Part shown: piece by piece, positions 41,572 to 52,400 of the stretch
Position numbering within the stretch: position 1 is the stretch's first letter
Layout: each line of letters starts with the position of its first letter
Assembly (NCBI GenBank): GCA_965226055.1
Contig: CBDDCA010000004.1
Coordinates: 96,001-160,000 of the forward strand
Origin: Spirochaetia bacterium
Lineage (GTDB): Bacteria > Spirochaetota > Spirochaetia > WTKD01 > G963693115
Direction: 5' to 3'
Length of the DNA stretch: 64,000 nucleotides
Translations under genes and position numbers: made by a program
The notes under the pieces: model-generated
What the model saw: only the letters and a program-made list of their open reading frames with translations
Told to the model about the DNA's origin: nothing
Database searches by the model: none

Positions 41572-42930
41572 CTAATCCCTATTATTGTGTATATCTTTGT
41601 CGTGTGTAAAGGAAGACATTTCTTCATCAGCGTCGTATAATGCTTCCTCTTGTGACCCAAAGTATTCTTCATCTAACTCTACACCAAAGCCTTGTTGTTC
41701 TTTTCGTAGCTTTTGAATTTTGTTTGCTATAAATAGCTGCATAAAAGAGCAAGAGACAGCATCAATGCCTGCAGCAAACCCCACTAACACTAACTGTACA
41801 GGAATAAGAATAATATATGAATCATGCACATTAATAGATGGTATTTGTGAAAAAGTTATGATAGCACTAATGAGTATTGAACTAGTAATAGTAGAAGAAA
41901 GGTATGAAGTTATGATAGCTCCAATAAATACCATTACAAAAAATGATATATCCATAGGTATGGAGCTATATACCTTATATATAAAAAGATATGACAAAGC
42001 AAATGTTACCGCAGTACCAGCACGACAAAATACAAGGGCAAACGAAGTGCTCATCTCATTGTTTCTTTTACGAGAATATCCCAGTTCTTCTACATGTAAT
42101 AGTAAGGTCCCACTTGCAAGAATATTTGTTGTAGACAATGCAGTACTCATGGCAGGAATAACTTGGGTATACCATAATCGAAATGAAATTTTTACTCCTA
42201 ATATACGAAGTAATACTGGATAGATTACAAAGAGTAACGATAACAATAGGATAGCTAAGAATAGAAATAGTTTAGTAATAATGTATAATTGTTCGTAATT
42301 GATTATTGTAGATGACAGTACTGCAGAAGCAAATAATATACCAATAGTAAAATATGGCAACAGTACTCGTACTATTCTTAAATTTATACTACGCATTGCA
42401 TCAATAACATCGAAAAATACATTGCCACGTTGAATATTATTGACTGCCATTGTTCCAATAAGACAGCATACTATGAGGATGGCAGCAATAGAAGTGTGAG
42501 AAGAACTGAGTACTTGAATAAAATTACTAGGAAATAAAATTTCAATGATACTCAATAATGGCGTATAGGTATCTAATGGTATATCGGGAATAAAAGAGAT
42601 AGAGGAATTATGAGGGATGAATAAAAAGATAATCATTGATACAAGTGTAAGCACCACTATGGTGAAAAGTCCTCTTGTAATACTATATTTGAGCATAGAA
42701 CCGAATAAATGTAAATCTTTTAATTCAAAACTATTGATAATAATTGAAAAAATAAAATACGGTATAGTAAGATAGAGCATAGCTCTTGTTAATATTCTTG
42801 CTATTATCACAACAGTATTGTTTATTATATCGGCAGGGATAAATATGCCTGCTACAGAACCAGCTACAATACTAATAATAAATAGCACAAGTTGTTTCCT
42901 TGTGAGGTGGTACATTTTACTTTCTTTCAT
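41572..42930 (-). CDS. Dicarboxylate/amino acid:cation symporter family (divergent)
   Basis: About 9-10 TM helices, LFPSNF, TALSTTN (HP1-like), FCRAGTA (NMDGT-like). Confidence 0.7.
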   Translation of the reverse strand: MKESKMYHLTRKQLVLFIISIVAGSVAGIFIPADIINNTVVIIARILTRAMLYLTIPYFIFSIIINSFELKDLHLFGSMLKYSITRGLFTIVVLTLVSMIIFLFIPHNSSISFIPDIPLDTYTPLLSIIEILFPSNFIQVLSSSHTSIAAILIVCCLIGTMAVNNIQRGNVFFDVIDAMRSINLRIVRVLLPYFTIGILFASAVLSSTIINYEQLYIITKLFLFLAILLLSLLFVIYPVLLRILGVKISFRLWYTQVIPAMSTALSTTNILASGTLLLHVEELGYSRKRNNEMSTSFALVFCRAGTAVTFALSYLFIYKVYSSIPMDISFFVMVFIGAIITSYLSSTITSSILISAIITFSQIPSINVHDSYIILIPVQLVLVGFAAGIDAVSCSFMQLFIANKIQKLRKEQQGFGVELDEEYFGSQEEALYDADEEMSSFTHDKDIHNNRD

Positions 42931-42981
42931 ATTCTCATGATACTACATGTTTCCTTTACAGATGATAGATTGATATGAATA

Positions 42982-43749
42982 TTACTCTTTTTTCTTTCTA
43001 AAAAGAGGAAAGGAATGTTTTTTAATAACAAGACGGCTTTTTGTCTGTTTGTTTCTCAATATAGGCATAATCCATTTTTTTCCTATTGTAGCAAGAGAAT
43101 GTAATAATGAACTATGATTACGGCTACGAAAATGGAGAGCATGTGCAATATGATGTTGTATCATATTTGTTTTCATAGCAAAAGGAATAGTATGATGATA
43201 GTGTAGCAGTGTAATAGTGACAGGGTACTTTGACAGTGCTAGCATATGCCTTGAAAAATGTATATATGCATGAACAAGCATATGTATAAAAATATTTTTC
43301 TCGCTTGCAGTATCCTTATCCATTTGTGGCAACACAACAAAAATATTTTTTCGTATTGTAGCAGTATATTTTACACTGTTTTGTGTGGTAGAAGAAGAAT
43401 CTTTTTTATTACTGAGAAAGAAAAATGATTTTCTTAATAGCTCTATTGTAAAAAAAAATTCAGTATTAAAATAGTTTGCAAATAATCGTTCTTCTATATT
43501 CTCTAACGATGGTATTTCTGGTGCTCGAAAGCAGAGAAAAATAGTATTAGTATCATTATTTTTATGACTATGAAGATGAAGATCAATGAGGGATGTTGAT
43601 AAAGAATGTATTTTTGGAGCAGTACTATGAATAGAATCTGTCTCAAATAAATTTAGTATGCTATACTTTTGTTTGAGATTGTAAAAAAAAGTATTCATAG
43701 ACAGTATGATATTTTTATCAGTACCAGTAATAAAAGTACATTGCTCCAT
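42982..43749 (-). CDS. Hypothetical protein, possibly a degenerate Rossmann/SDR fold
   Basis: Long ORF; N-terminal TFITGT resembles an SDR beta1 strand, but the GxxxGxG and YxxxK motifs are absent. Confidence 0.45.
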   Translation of the reverse strand: MEQCTFITGTDKNIILSMNTFFYNLKQKYSILNLFETDSIHSTAPKIHSLSTSLIDLHLHSHKNNDTNTIFLCFRAPEIPSLENIEERLFANYFNTEFFFTIELLRKSFFFLSNKKDSSSTTQNSVKYTATIRKNIFVVLPQMDKDTASEKNIFIHMLVHAYIHFSRHMLALSKYPVTITLLHYHHTIPFAMKTNMIQHHIAHALHFRSRNHSSLLHSLATIGKKWIMPILRNKQTKSRLVIKKHSFPLFRKKKE

Positions 43750-43785
43750 ATATACATAATAGTAAATACTGTACAATTATAATAC

Positions 43786-45681
43786 ATGCAACTTACTATT
43801 TCACAATTAAATACTACTGTTGGTAACATTGAAGAGAATGCTAGGCTCATCATTGAGACTATTACGCAAAATAAAGATACAGATATGTTTGTGTTTCCTG
43901 AATGTGTGTTGTCAGGGTATATGCCTTTGGATAACCTCTACTATGATTCTTTTTTTGATAAATTACAGAAAGCCTTACAACATATTCAACAATCTCTGAA
44001 TGATACACAATATTGTATCATAGGAACACTCCACAAAGAGGAACAGAAGAAAGATACATTGAATGTGCAACAAAGTATGCAAGATACTACTATTTCATCA
44101 AAAAACAACAATACACTGCAAACATATGAATCTCGTTATTATTCGTATATAAGTTCCAGTAATGTATATAACTCGGCTATATATTGTTGTCACGCACAAG
44201 GGACAATAGGAATGCAGCATAAGCGATTGCTTCCACAAAAAGATGTGTTTTTTGAGCAACGATATTTTCAAACAGAAACAAAAAGTAGGCTATTTCATCA
44301 CAATGATACCTCTTTTGCAGTGCTTATCTGTGAAGATCTGTGGGGACCAATAGAGGCAGGATACCCTGCATATGATGTGTTACAGTTGCGCCCAGATATT
44401 ATCATTGTCATTAGTGCCTCTCCTTATGAGTTTGATAAAAAAAATAAGCGTATGATACTTGCAAAGAAATTAGCGTACAGCATTGGGAGTCCCCTTATAT
44501 TTTGTAATATGGTAGGAGCAAATGATGAAATTATATTTGATGGCTCATCGTTTGTATTAACAAAAGAAGCCCAGCTTCTCGCTCAGCTATCTCATTGTAA
44601 AGAAGAACATATGAATGTATATTTTTCTCATAACAACAAAGACATGAGAGTTATACCAACACAGAACACTGTACATGATACTATATCTGAGCATGATAAG
44701 GACACAAATACAAATGCTGTTCATCCCTCTCTTACAAAAGAACAGAGTGCTTTTTCTGTACAACAAAAAGAATTACATGATCACTCTTCTTATATGGAAC
44801 TTGATGCTCCATTTTCTATCTCACAGGCTTCGTTTTCTTCCTATATTGGTGAAGTAGTAGAAGCGCTTTGTATGGGGCTGAGTGATTATCTTACAAAATC
44901 TTCATTGTCTCATAAAGTACATTTAGGAATAAGTGGAGGTATTGATTCAGCGGTAGTTGCAGCCCTTGCGTGTCGCAGTGTTGGGGCGCATAATGTATGC
45001 GGTATTTTACTTCCTTCACAATATACCAGTAAAGAAAGCTGGGAGGATGTACAAGCACTTATTGAAAATGCAGGGATGTCTCATTATGTACTGTCTATAA
45101 AAGAGACATATACAACAATGATGGACACGCTTGCTCCTGTTTTTCAAAACACCTCTTTGGATACTACCGAAGAAAATTTGCAAGCTCGCATTCGTGGTAT
45201 ATTGCTTATGAGCTATGCCAATAAACATGGCTCATCTTTGCTTACTACTGGGAATAAATCTGAACTTGCAGTGGGCTACGCAACTTTATACGGAGACATG
45301 TGTGGAGCTATCAATATTATTGGAGATATCTATAAGACACAAATATATGAAATAGCAGAATACCTAAACAGAGATACTCCTATTATTCCCAAAAGAATAC
45401 TTGAAAAAGCTCCTAGTGCTGAGTTACGGGAAAACCAGAGGGATGATGACAGTCTTCCTCCATATGATGTATTGGATGAGATTCTTTACTTATTTATAAA
45501 TGAATACAAAAGTTTAGAATATGTATTATCCTTACATATATATGAAGAAGAAAGTGTGAAAAAAGTATGGAAACTGTATCAAACATCAGAGTTTAAGCGG
45601 TATCAAGCAGCCCCTATATTAAAAGTCTCTTCTCGTGCGTTTGGAAAAGGGCGTTTTGTTCCCTTAGTAGCGCAATTTTAA
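43786..45681 (+). CDS. nadE: Glutamine-dependent NAD+ synthetase
   Basis: Nitrilase domain (FPE, K.LLP, ICEDLW) plus synthetase domain (GISGGIDS, ENLQARIRG, TGNKSE, APSAEL). Confidence 0.96.
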   Translation: MQLTISQLNTTVGNIEENARLIIETITQNKDTDMFVFPECVLSGYMPLDNLYYDSFFDKLQKALQHIQQSLNDTQYCIIGTLHKEEQKKDTLNVQQSMQDTTISSKNNNTLQTYESRYYSYISSSNVYNSAIYCCHAQGTIGMQHKRLLPQKDVFFEQRYFQTETKSRLFHHNDTSFAVLICEDLWGPIEAGYPAYDVLQLRPDIIIVISASPYEFDKKNKRMILAKKLAYSIGSPLIFCNMVGANDEIIFDGSSFVLTKEAQLLAQLSHCKEEHMNVYFSHNNKDMRVIPTQNTVHDTISEHDKDTNTNAVHPSLTKEQSAFSVQQKELHDHSSYMELDAPFSISQASFSSYIGEVVEALCMGLSDYLTKSSLSHKVHLGISGGIDSAVVAALACRSVGAHNVCGILLPSQYTSKESWEDVQALIENAGMSHYVLSIKETYTTMMDTLAPVFQNTSLDTTEENLQARIRGILLMSYANKHGSSLLTTGNKSELAVGYATLYGDMCGAINIIGDIYKTQIYEIAEYLNRDTPIIPKRILEKAPSAELRENQRDDDSLPPYDVLDEILYLFINEYKSLEYVLSLHIYEEESVKKVWKLYQTSEFKRYQAAPILKVSSRAFGKGRFVPLVAQF

Positions 45682-47469
45682 TATTTCTGCTTGTTTTTTT
45701 AGCGCCATAAGAAGAGTTTTCACTGTACGATCATGAGGGTATTTTTTCTGATATATTTCTAACAAAGAGATGCTTTCTGGGAGTTTATTTCTGTACAGGA
45801 GAGTAATAGCATTATTATAGTGATTGAGTAATGCTTTTTTTTGAAATTTCATTTCTGGTGGATCACTCTCAAATAATTCATACACTCCCTTTTCTTTTTC
45901 TAAGCCTTTTATAAAGATCGTAGGAAGAATCCGCACTGCATATGAATTTTTAGTAGGGAGCATAGCATATGCAGACTTACTTATAATACATTCTGTTTTG
46001 AATAGTGTGTTTATTTTTTGTAAACGTGAGCTTATTATGCCTTCATTGCTGAGTAGTGTAGCTTGAAGTCCTGTATTTTCTTTGCCTATAATTCCAAGTG
46101 CTACATTTCCTATAGTAATTCCAATACAGAGTTTTATGTCAATATTTGAAGAAGTGTAATGTGCTATTGCTTTTTGTAATATTTCTTTTGTTTGTATCAT
46201 TTGCTCGGCAACACCAATAGCTTGTACTGGTGCATGTTCCTTAAAAAGAGCTATGATATTTCCATTTGTATCGTTATGGGCATATCCTGAATCTTGAGTA
46301 ATAACAGTATGCACATGCTCATGGTATACGCTAAGAAACTGTGCGGTATCTTTTGTTTCAAGAGTAGATATAATATGAGGAAAATTTTCTATTCCTATGC
46401 ACATAACCGACATTGGCTGTTGTATACTCTCTCCTGATCTTAGTTGATATACATGCTTTTTATTAAAAAAGGAAATGTTTGTTTTTGGCATGAACCTGTT
46501 GTACGCATACATAGTTTCTCTTTGTTGACTGATTATCTGTTTAGCATTATCTATAAGATTATTTTTTGAAAATAACTGTTCTTTTTTATTTTTTATTATA
46601 TGAGTAGCTATACATACCATAAGTATTCCACAAAAAGCAAGAATAACACTCATAATCAGATACCATATAGGAAAAGACCCTAGTTGTAGGTAGTTGGTTA
46701 ACGATAGCGAGATAATGAAAGAGAAAATAGTAAAGAGGATAGTACTTATGAAATGAAGCGTATAGGTAACCCTTTGTCTTTGGAGTTGAATAAAACTGAT
46801 ATAGAGTAGTACAATGCTTGTGCCTGCAAGAAATATTCCTAAAAATATAGAGCTTGTATCATAGGAAGAAAAGATACATACTACCAGCATACCTATACAC
46901 ATAGAGAGCAGTAATTGAATAATAAGAGCTGTTTTTTGTTTAGTATATTTTGTAATAACGAGCAGTTCTTTAGAAAAGAGAGTATAAAAAAACAAGATAC
47001 ATACTATTACAATAAGAGATGTTATTTTGTTGTCTATTATGGTGTGCAGAGGGAACAATGAAATTGTGTGTATCTTTGCGTACAGTAGACTGAGTATAGT
47101 AAAGCATGCTATAAGCAATGTGATATAGATATATTCTTTGATACGAGTAGTGAAAGAGAATACTATGCTTATAAAGAGAAAAGCAAGCATGATACCAAAG
47201 AAGACATAGGATATATTTTGTGCAAAATCATTGTGAGGAATGACTGTTGCTTTATAGAGATTATATGTAAATTCGGGGGAAATTGGATTTTCTTCTCTTG
47301 ATTGAGCTATAGTATTATGAGTAATATAAGTATGTTGCTTATAAGAGAGAGAAAATTGCGTACCTTTATTATTACTGGCATTATTATTGGATATGTCTAT
47401 AGCACTTACGGTGTCATGAAAATATGCTATAACAGTTAATAGTAAAGATAAAAATAGAATTTTTTTCAC
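45664..47469 (-). CDS. Membrane (7TM-DISM-like) class III nucleotide cyclase-like protein, catalytically degenerate
   Basis: GTG start at 47469 with a signal peptide (the ORF-track start is inside tRNA-Asp); about 7 TM helices; AYNRFMP, L..GE, IGITIGNVALGIIG, SRLQ, IKG....VYELF. Confidence 0.75.
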   Translation of the reverse strand: MKKILFLSLLLTVIAYFHDTVSAIDISNNNASNNKGTQFSLSYKQHTYITHNTIAQSREENPISPEFTYNLYKATVIPHNDFAQNISYVFFGIMLAFLFISIVFSFTTRIKEYIYITLLIACFTILSLLYAKIHTISLFPLHTIIDNKITSLIVIVCILFFYTLFSKELLVITKYTKQKTALIIQLLLSMCIGMLVVCIFSSYDTSSIFLGIFLAGTSIVLLYISFIQLQRQRVTYTLHFISTILFTIFSFIISLSLTNYLQLGSFPIWYLIMSVILAFCGILMVCIATHIIKNKKEQLFSKNNLIDNAKQIISQQRETMYAYNRFMPKTNISFFNKKHVYQLRSGESIQQPMSVMCIGIENFPHIISTLETKDTAQFLSVYHEHVHTVITQDSGYAHNDTNGNIIALFKEHAPVQAIGVAEQMIQTKEILQKAIAHYTSSNIDIKLCIGITIGNVALGIIGKENTGLQATLLSNEGIISSRLQKINTLFKTECIISKSAYAMLPTKNSYAVRILPTIFIKGLEKEKGVYELFESDPPEMKFQKKALLNHYNNAITLLYRNKLPESISLLEIYQKKYPHDRTVKTLLMALKKQAEILKLRY

Positions 47470-47490
47470 AAGTATAATGACTAGAAATAT

Positions 47491-47565
47491 CGGGAGCGAC
47501 GGGGATTGAACCCGCGACCTCCGGCTTGACAGGCCGGCGCGATAAACCGACTTCGCCACGCCCCC
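47491..47565 (-). tRNA. tRNA-Asp(GUC)
   Basis: GGGGGCG/CGCTCCC acceptor stem, anticodon arm CCGGC-CTGTCAA-GCCGG, T loop TTCAAT; CCA not encoded. Confidence 0.97.
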
Positions 47566-47595
47566 TACTAGTAGTATAACATATATACTGTAATT

Positions 47596-47624
47596 AGTAT
47601 ATATACTTGTGCTATCGCTGTCAA
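47596..47624 (-). promoter_or_regulatory. Sigma70 promoter for tRNA-Asp
   Basis: TTGACA-17 bp-TATACT on the minus strand. Confidence 0.7.
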
Positions 47625-47660
47625 TGGAAATTTGTAAAAAAGTGAAAATTCAACTGTGCA

Positions 47661-47690
47661 TTGACTAATATGCTATAATATTGCTATAAT
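47661..47690 (+). promoter_or_regulatory. Sigma70 promoter for rplS
   Basis: TTGACT-18 bp-TATAAT with extended TGn. Confidence 0.65.
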
Positions 47691-47772
47691 AAATATTACA
47701 GAAGTAGCTCTATATCTGTAATAGTATCTTTCTAGTTACAAGAGTTATAGTAAGAATATAAAGGATTACATT

Positions 47773-48147
47773 ATGAGTCAGAAAATCATTCATGATATTG
47801 AAAAAAAATATATTAACTCCGAAATAGCTAATTTTAATGTAGGAGATAGAGTTGTTGTTCACTTTAAGATTGTAGAAGGTAGCACAGAACGTGTACAGTT
47901 ATATGAAGGTATAGTATTACAAAAACGAGGCTCTGGAGTAAGAGCTACTTTTACTGTTCGAAAAATATCATCAGGAATCGGTGTTGAGCGTATTTTTCCT
48001 GTTCATTCGCCTCGTATTGCAAAGGTTGAAGTAAAAAACAGAGGAAAAGTTCGACGTGCAAAATTATATTATCTTCGTTCTAGAATAGGAAAAGAAGCCC
48101 TAAAAGTGAAAGAGAAATTTACTACTGTCAAATCAAAAGGGAAATAG
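47773..48147 (+). CDS. rplS: 50S ribosomal protein L19
   Basis: [43 protein letters not shown]. Confidence 0.98.
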   Translation: MSQKIIHDIEKKYINSEIANFNVGDRVVVHFKIVEGSTERVQLYEGIVLQKRGSGVRATFTVRKISSGIGVERIFPVHSPRIAKVEVKNRGKVRRAKLYYLRSRIGKEALKVKEKFTTVKSKGK

Positions 48148-48311
48148 CAAAGTAAAATAAGACAGAACAGTAAAATAGAACAGCTTTTTGTACATAATAG
48201 GATATACCATTATGTACTGTTTCTATTATCTTAGTATGCGGTAAAGTATACTAGCATATACATATACTAGATTTTTCTCAAGCATCTTATTGATCTAAAT
48301 GTGTTTTAAGT

Positions 48312-48695
48312 ATGGCACAATATAAATATACAGCATACAACAATACAGGAAACACTGCGTATACCTATGGAAAATTTGGTGAGCAGGTAGTCGTACATTA
48401 TTTACTGTGTAAAAATTTTATAATTTTGAAAAAAAACTATAACTGTAAGTTTGGGGAAGTCGATATTATATGTAGTAAGGGAAATACTCTTATTTTTGTC
48501 GAGGTAAAATCATGGTATTATTATTCTGTGCCTGAGTTACACAGGATTATCAATGCAAAAAAACTTGACAGAATAAGAAAATGTGCAGAATTGTTTCTAG
48601 CTAATTTTATTAGTCACACATGGATGTGTGCTAGGATTGATGTAATACTTGTAAAGCTACTACATCATATCATGATTCATTACAAGGGAGTGTAG
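48312..48695 (+). CDS. YraN family protein
   Basis: GKFGE, GEVDII, LIFVEVK, RIDVI. Confidence 0.88.
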   Translation: MAQYKYTAYNNTGNTAYTYGKFGEQVVVHYLLCKNFIILKKNYNCKFGEVDIICSKGNTLIFVEVKSWYYYSVPELHRIINAKKLDRIRKCAELFLANFISHTWMCARIDVILVKLLHHIMIHYKGV

Positions 48696-48702
48696 AATAA
48701 TC

Positions 48703-48852
48703 ATGCCAAATAAAATTAACAAGTCAAAGTATGCCATTACTAATGAGCAAGTTTCGGTATTAAAGGAGAAGATTAATGATCCTCAATACCTAGACAAAGC
48801 AATAAATTGGATAGCAAAGCAGTTAGCCAACAAAATTAGTAGTAAGCAATAG
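48703..48852 (+). CDS. Small 49-aa helical protein (not in ORF track)
   Basis: MPNKINKSKYAITNEQVSVLKEKINDPQYLDKAINWIAKQLANKISSKQ; fills the yraN-coaD gap; gggag upstream. Confidence 0.65.
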   Translation: MPNKINKSKYAITNEQVSVLKEKINDPQYLDKAINWIAKQLANKISSKQ

Positions 48853-48890
48853 ATTTTGCACATTCAAGGAAAATACAATATCATAATACT

Positions 48891-49403
48891 ATGAATGTTG
48901 TTTTTCCAGGAACATTTGATCCGCCTACGAACGGACATATAAATATCATTGAACGTTGTTCAAAACTGTTCGTTCGTACGGATGTGGTCATTGCAGACAA
49001 TCTAAAAAAAGAACGGTTATTACAACCATATGAACGCCTTCAGCTTTTACAGCAGTTATCGCAACGGTATAGTAATGTGCATGTTATCATATGGAATAGA
49101 TTGTTAGTAGATTATCTCATAGAAAATAGCATAGATGTTATTGTAAGGGGAGTACGGAGTTCTGCTGACTATGAATATGAGTACTCTTTATCACAAATTA
49201 ACAAAGGCTTAGGAAAAAGTAAACAGAGAAATATAGAAACATTGTTATTGCCTACTGATGAAAAATATTATTTGTTACGATCCTCTACTATTAAAGAAAT
49301 TTTGCATTTTGGAGGAGATGTTTCTGATAAAGTACCCACTATAGTACTTGATATCTTAAAGAAAAAGTTTGAACGTACTAAAAAGGATGAAAGCAAAGTG
49401 TAA
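48891..49403 (+). CDS. coaD: Phosphopantetheine adenylyltransferase
   Basis: FPGTFDPPTNGH, IVRGVR...DYEYE, SSTIKEI...GGDVS. Confidence 0.96.
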   Translation: MNVVFPGTFDPPTNGHINIIERCSKLFVRTDVVIADNLKKERLLQPYERLQLLQQLSQRYSNVHVIIWNRLLVDYLIENSIDVIVRGVRSSADYEYEYSLSQINKGLGKSKQRNIETLLLPTDEKYYLLRSSTIKEILHFGGDVSDKVPTIVLDILKKKFERTKKDESKV

Positions 49404-49475
49404 ACATAATAATAGTATTTTTGCTATAATTTACTTTGTATGATACATACACGATAATAAAAAAAGGAGGCCTTT

Positions 49476-52400
49476 ATGATACATAGAGATCTACAAGCTG
49501 TGAAAATCGGGGGGGGGGGGGTACACTCTCGATATAAGCAAAACCTAACTATACTAGCAGTGCTAGCAATGACTACCCTCGTACTCGTAGGATGTGCAGA
49601 GAGTAGCAGTAGTTCCTCAGGCGGAGGGGGAACGCCAGTAACCCCGACACTCGCATCAGTGTCCAATGTGCAGATACAAGTAGCAGGCAACGATGGGATG
49701 CTCTCGTTACGCTGGCAAGCTCCCAGCGAAGCTACGCATGTAGTCGTAAAAGCTACATCAACGACACCAGCCCAGTCCATACAGGTGCGTGTTCCTGCAA
49801 TAGAATATCGTGCATTGTTTCAACAAAACAGACCCTACACCCTCAGAGGCTTGCACGCTACTACCGATTATACTGTAGAGATAGAAGCCCAAAAATCAGA
49901 CTCAGGCTCAGACACAGAAGTATCACCAAAAACAACCCGTTCTGTGACAACACTTAGCGATGAAACTGCACCGCAGGACACCTTTACACAGGTAGCAGTA
50001 GAATCAGCAACAAATGGCATAAAGATAACATGGGACAAAGCACTGCTCTCGTTAGGCAAGACAGACATAGCAGAAGCAATAATACAGGTGATAGAAAGCA
50101 CCACTAATGTAAAAAAAGAAGTAACAGTACAAGATGTAACACAAGGAGAAGTAACTATTGCTGTCCCTACTATAGACGGCATAAGCTATGATGTAACAGT
50201 AGTATACAGAGATAGCAATGGCAACGAAAGCACGGCAAAGCAAGCGCTCAGAGGCATAGTGCCATCAGCACTCTCACAAACAGTAACGCCACTTTCTGCA
50301 TCAGATCTTACAGTAACAGCAAACGATAAAAGCAATAGCCCAGCCGATGAAAGCCTGCTTATCAAGTGGGATGATAAAGATGACAGCTTTGACTTTTCAA
50401 ACAAAAGCCTCCAAGTACGCGTTATAGCAACCGCAACAAATACAGTAGTAGCAGAGGAGACAATAGACAAAGATACAAGTGCAACAAATGTCAGCGGAGC
50501 AAGTGCAGACAACCAAGAGTACGCCACTGTGTATGTAGCAAAAGATGGCATAGCACTCACAAAACTCTACGGCACGCTTACTTACAAAGTAGAAGTGTAT
50601 GTCTTTAAAAACGGAAAGTACTCCACTGCAGTGTCAAAAGAACAAGCAACAACCGACAAAAGCACAGAGCCTGTAAGCAATGTAAGTGCAGTAGGAGGAG
50701 CAACAAGCATAGTAGTAGGCTGGCAAGCCCCCGATGTACGAGACTACGCAGGAGTGAGTATAACAGCAACAGAAAAGGACAGCAGTACCGCGGCAAAGAC
50801 AGTAACAATAACAGAGAGAACAGTACGCAATACACAGATACCAGGCCTCAAAGCAACCACCGAGTATACAGTGGCAGTCGTGTCAATGGACAGTGCAGGC
50901 AACAAAGGAACAGAAGCAACAGCCACAGTAGCCACCGCAGCAGATAGCACCGCCCCCGATGCAGTAACAAGCATACAAGCAAGCTATCCTTTTGTATCAG
51001 CAGCAAAGATAGGAACACAGATAACATGGACAGCCCCCGATACAACAAAAGCCAATAACAAAGATATAAAAGAGTACAGCGTAAGCATAGCAGAAAAAGG
51101 CACAAGCACCACAGTACTGAGCGAGAAGAAAATACCCTATCCCACAACATCACTCTCTGTCGAAGAACTCACGCAAGGCAAAACATACACCATAACAATA
51201 CTCACGCTTGATTACTCAGAAAATAAAAGCACCCAAGCAACAAAAGACATAACCACCCCCAACTCACTCACAGCTCCTTCAGAGGATCTCTTTCAAAACA
51301 AGCCTACCCTAGACAAAACAGGAGCAATACAAATAAAAGCAACTTTTAAGCAAGCTCCAGGCATAGGGCGATACTACACCCTGCGTATGAAAGATGGAGC
51401 AAACTTAATAGCAGAAAAAAGCATAACAAACACAGCAACCACCATTAGCTTTGGGATAGCAGATGGCGTAGAAGTACCCAAGAGCCAAGCAAATGCCAAG
51501 AATTATCGCTTTGATTTTCTGCAAATAGCAAATAACAGAGTAAGCCCCGTAACCGCACTGAGTGATGCAGTAGCAGTATACGATAGCACCTCGACAGCAC
51601 CGCCCGCTCCCAAAGATGCAAAGCTCACCGTAGAGTCAGTAACACAAACAACTGCAAAAGCAGTCTATACATTTAGTGCAGGAGACATTACTGACACCAA
51701 CAAAGCACCCAGTGGAGCAAAACTCACGCAAGCACAAATACAATACAAAGTATACATAGCAGCAGGAGACCACAGCACAAAGACACTAGACGAAATAAAA
51801 GCCCTTGCAGGAGTACAAACAAGAGAGCTAGCAGGAGATAGCACTCCATTAAAAGCAACATTTATAGGAACAAAAGGAGCAGACTATACCGCAGGAGTAG
51901 AAGCGATAAACAGCCTCAATCCCGCCTATAGCATAGGAGCATCAGTAACAATAAAGAAAGCAACGCTTACCGCTCCCCCAAGCACACCAAAAGTAACAAC
52001 CTACACTAACAGTAATGCAGTGGTATTTGCAGTGCCTACAACAGGAAGCAACAGAGGGAAAAAAGTCATAACAGTACAGCTCAATGCCTCAGCTATAGCA
52101 GGAGTGAGCAAAGCAAATGGCAATGCCCTTGAAGCGACAGATCTTGCCTACTATGTGCTATACCTCAAGAAAGAAGATACCACAGGAAAGCCTGCCAGCG
52201 TATCAGCCTTGTGGGCAGTGGAAAAAAGTAGTGTAAAAGTAGCAAAGTATGTAAAAGCAACAGGAACAACTCAAGACACAATATCCATAGCAATAGTAGA
52301 CAGCACCAGTGGAAGCAATGCAGGAGCAACGCCCATAGAAACAGCAAAAGACTACTACATAGGAGTGAGGATAGTAAACACAACATCCCCTAATTACGAT

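Noticed and set aside
47470-47559. N-terminal extension of the 631-aa ORF (MAKSVYRAG...)
   Set aside because: It is read through tRNA-Asp; the likely start is GTG 47469.
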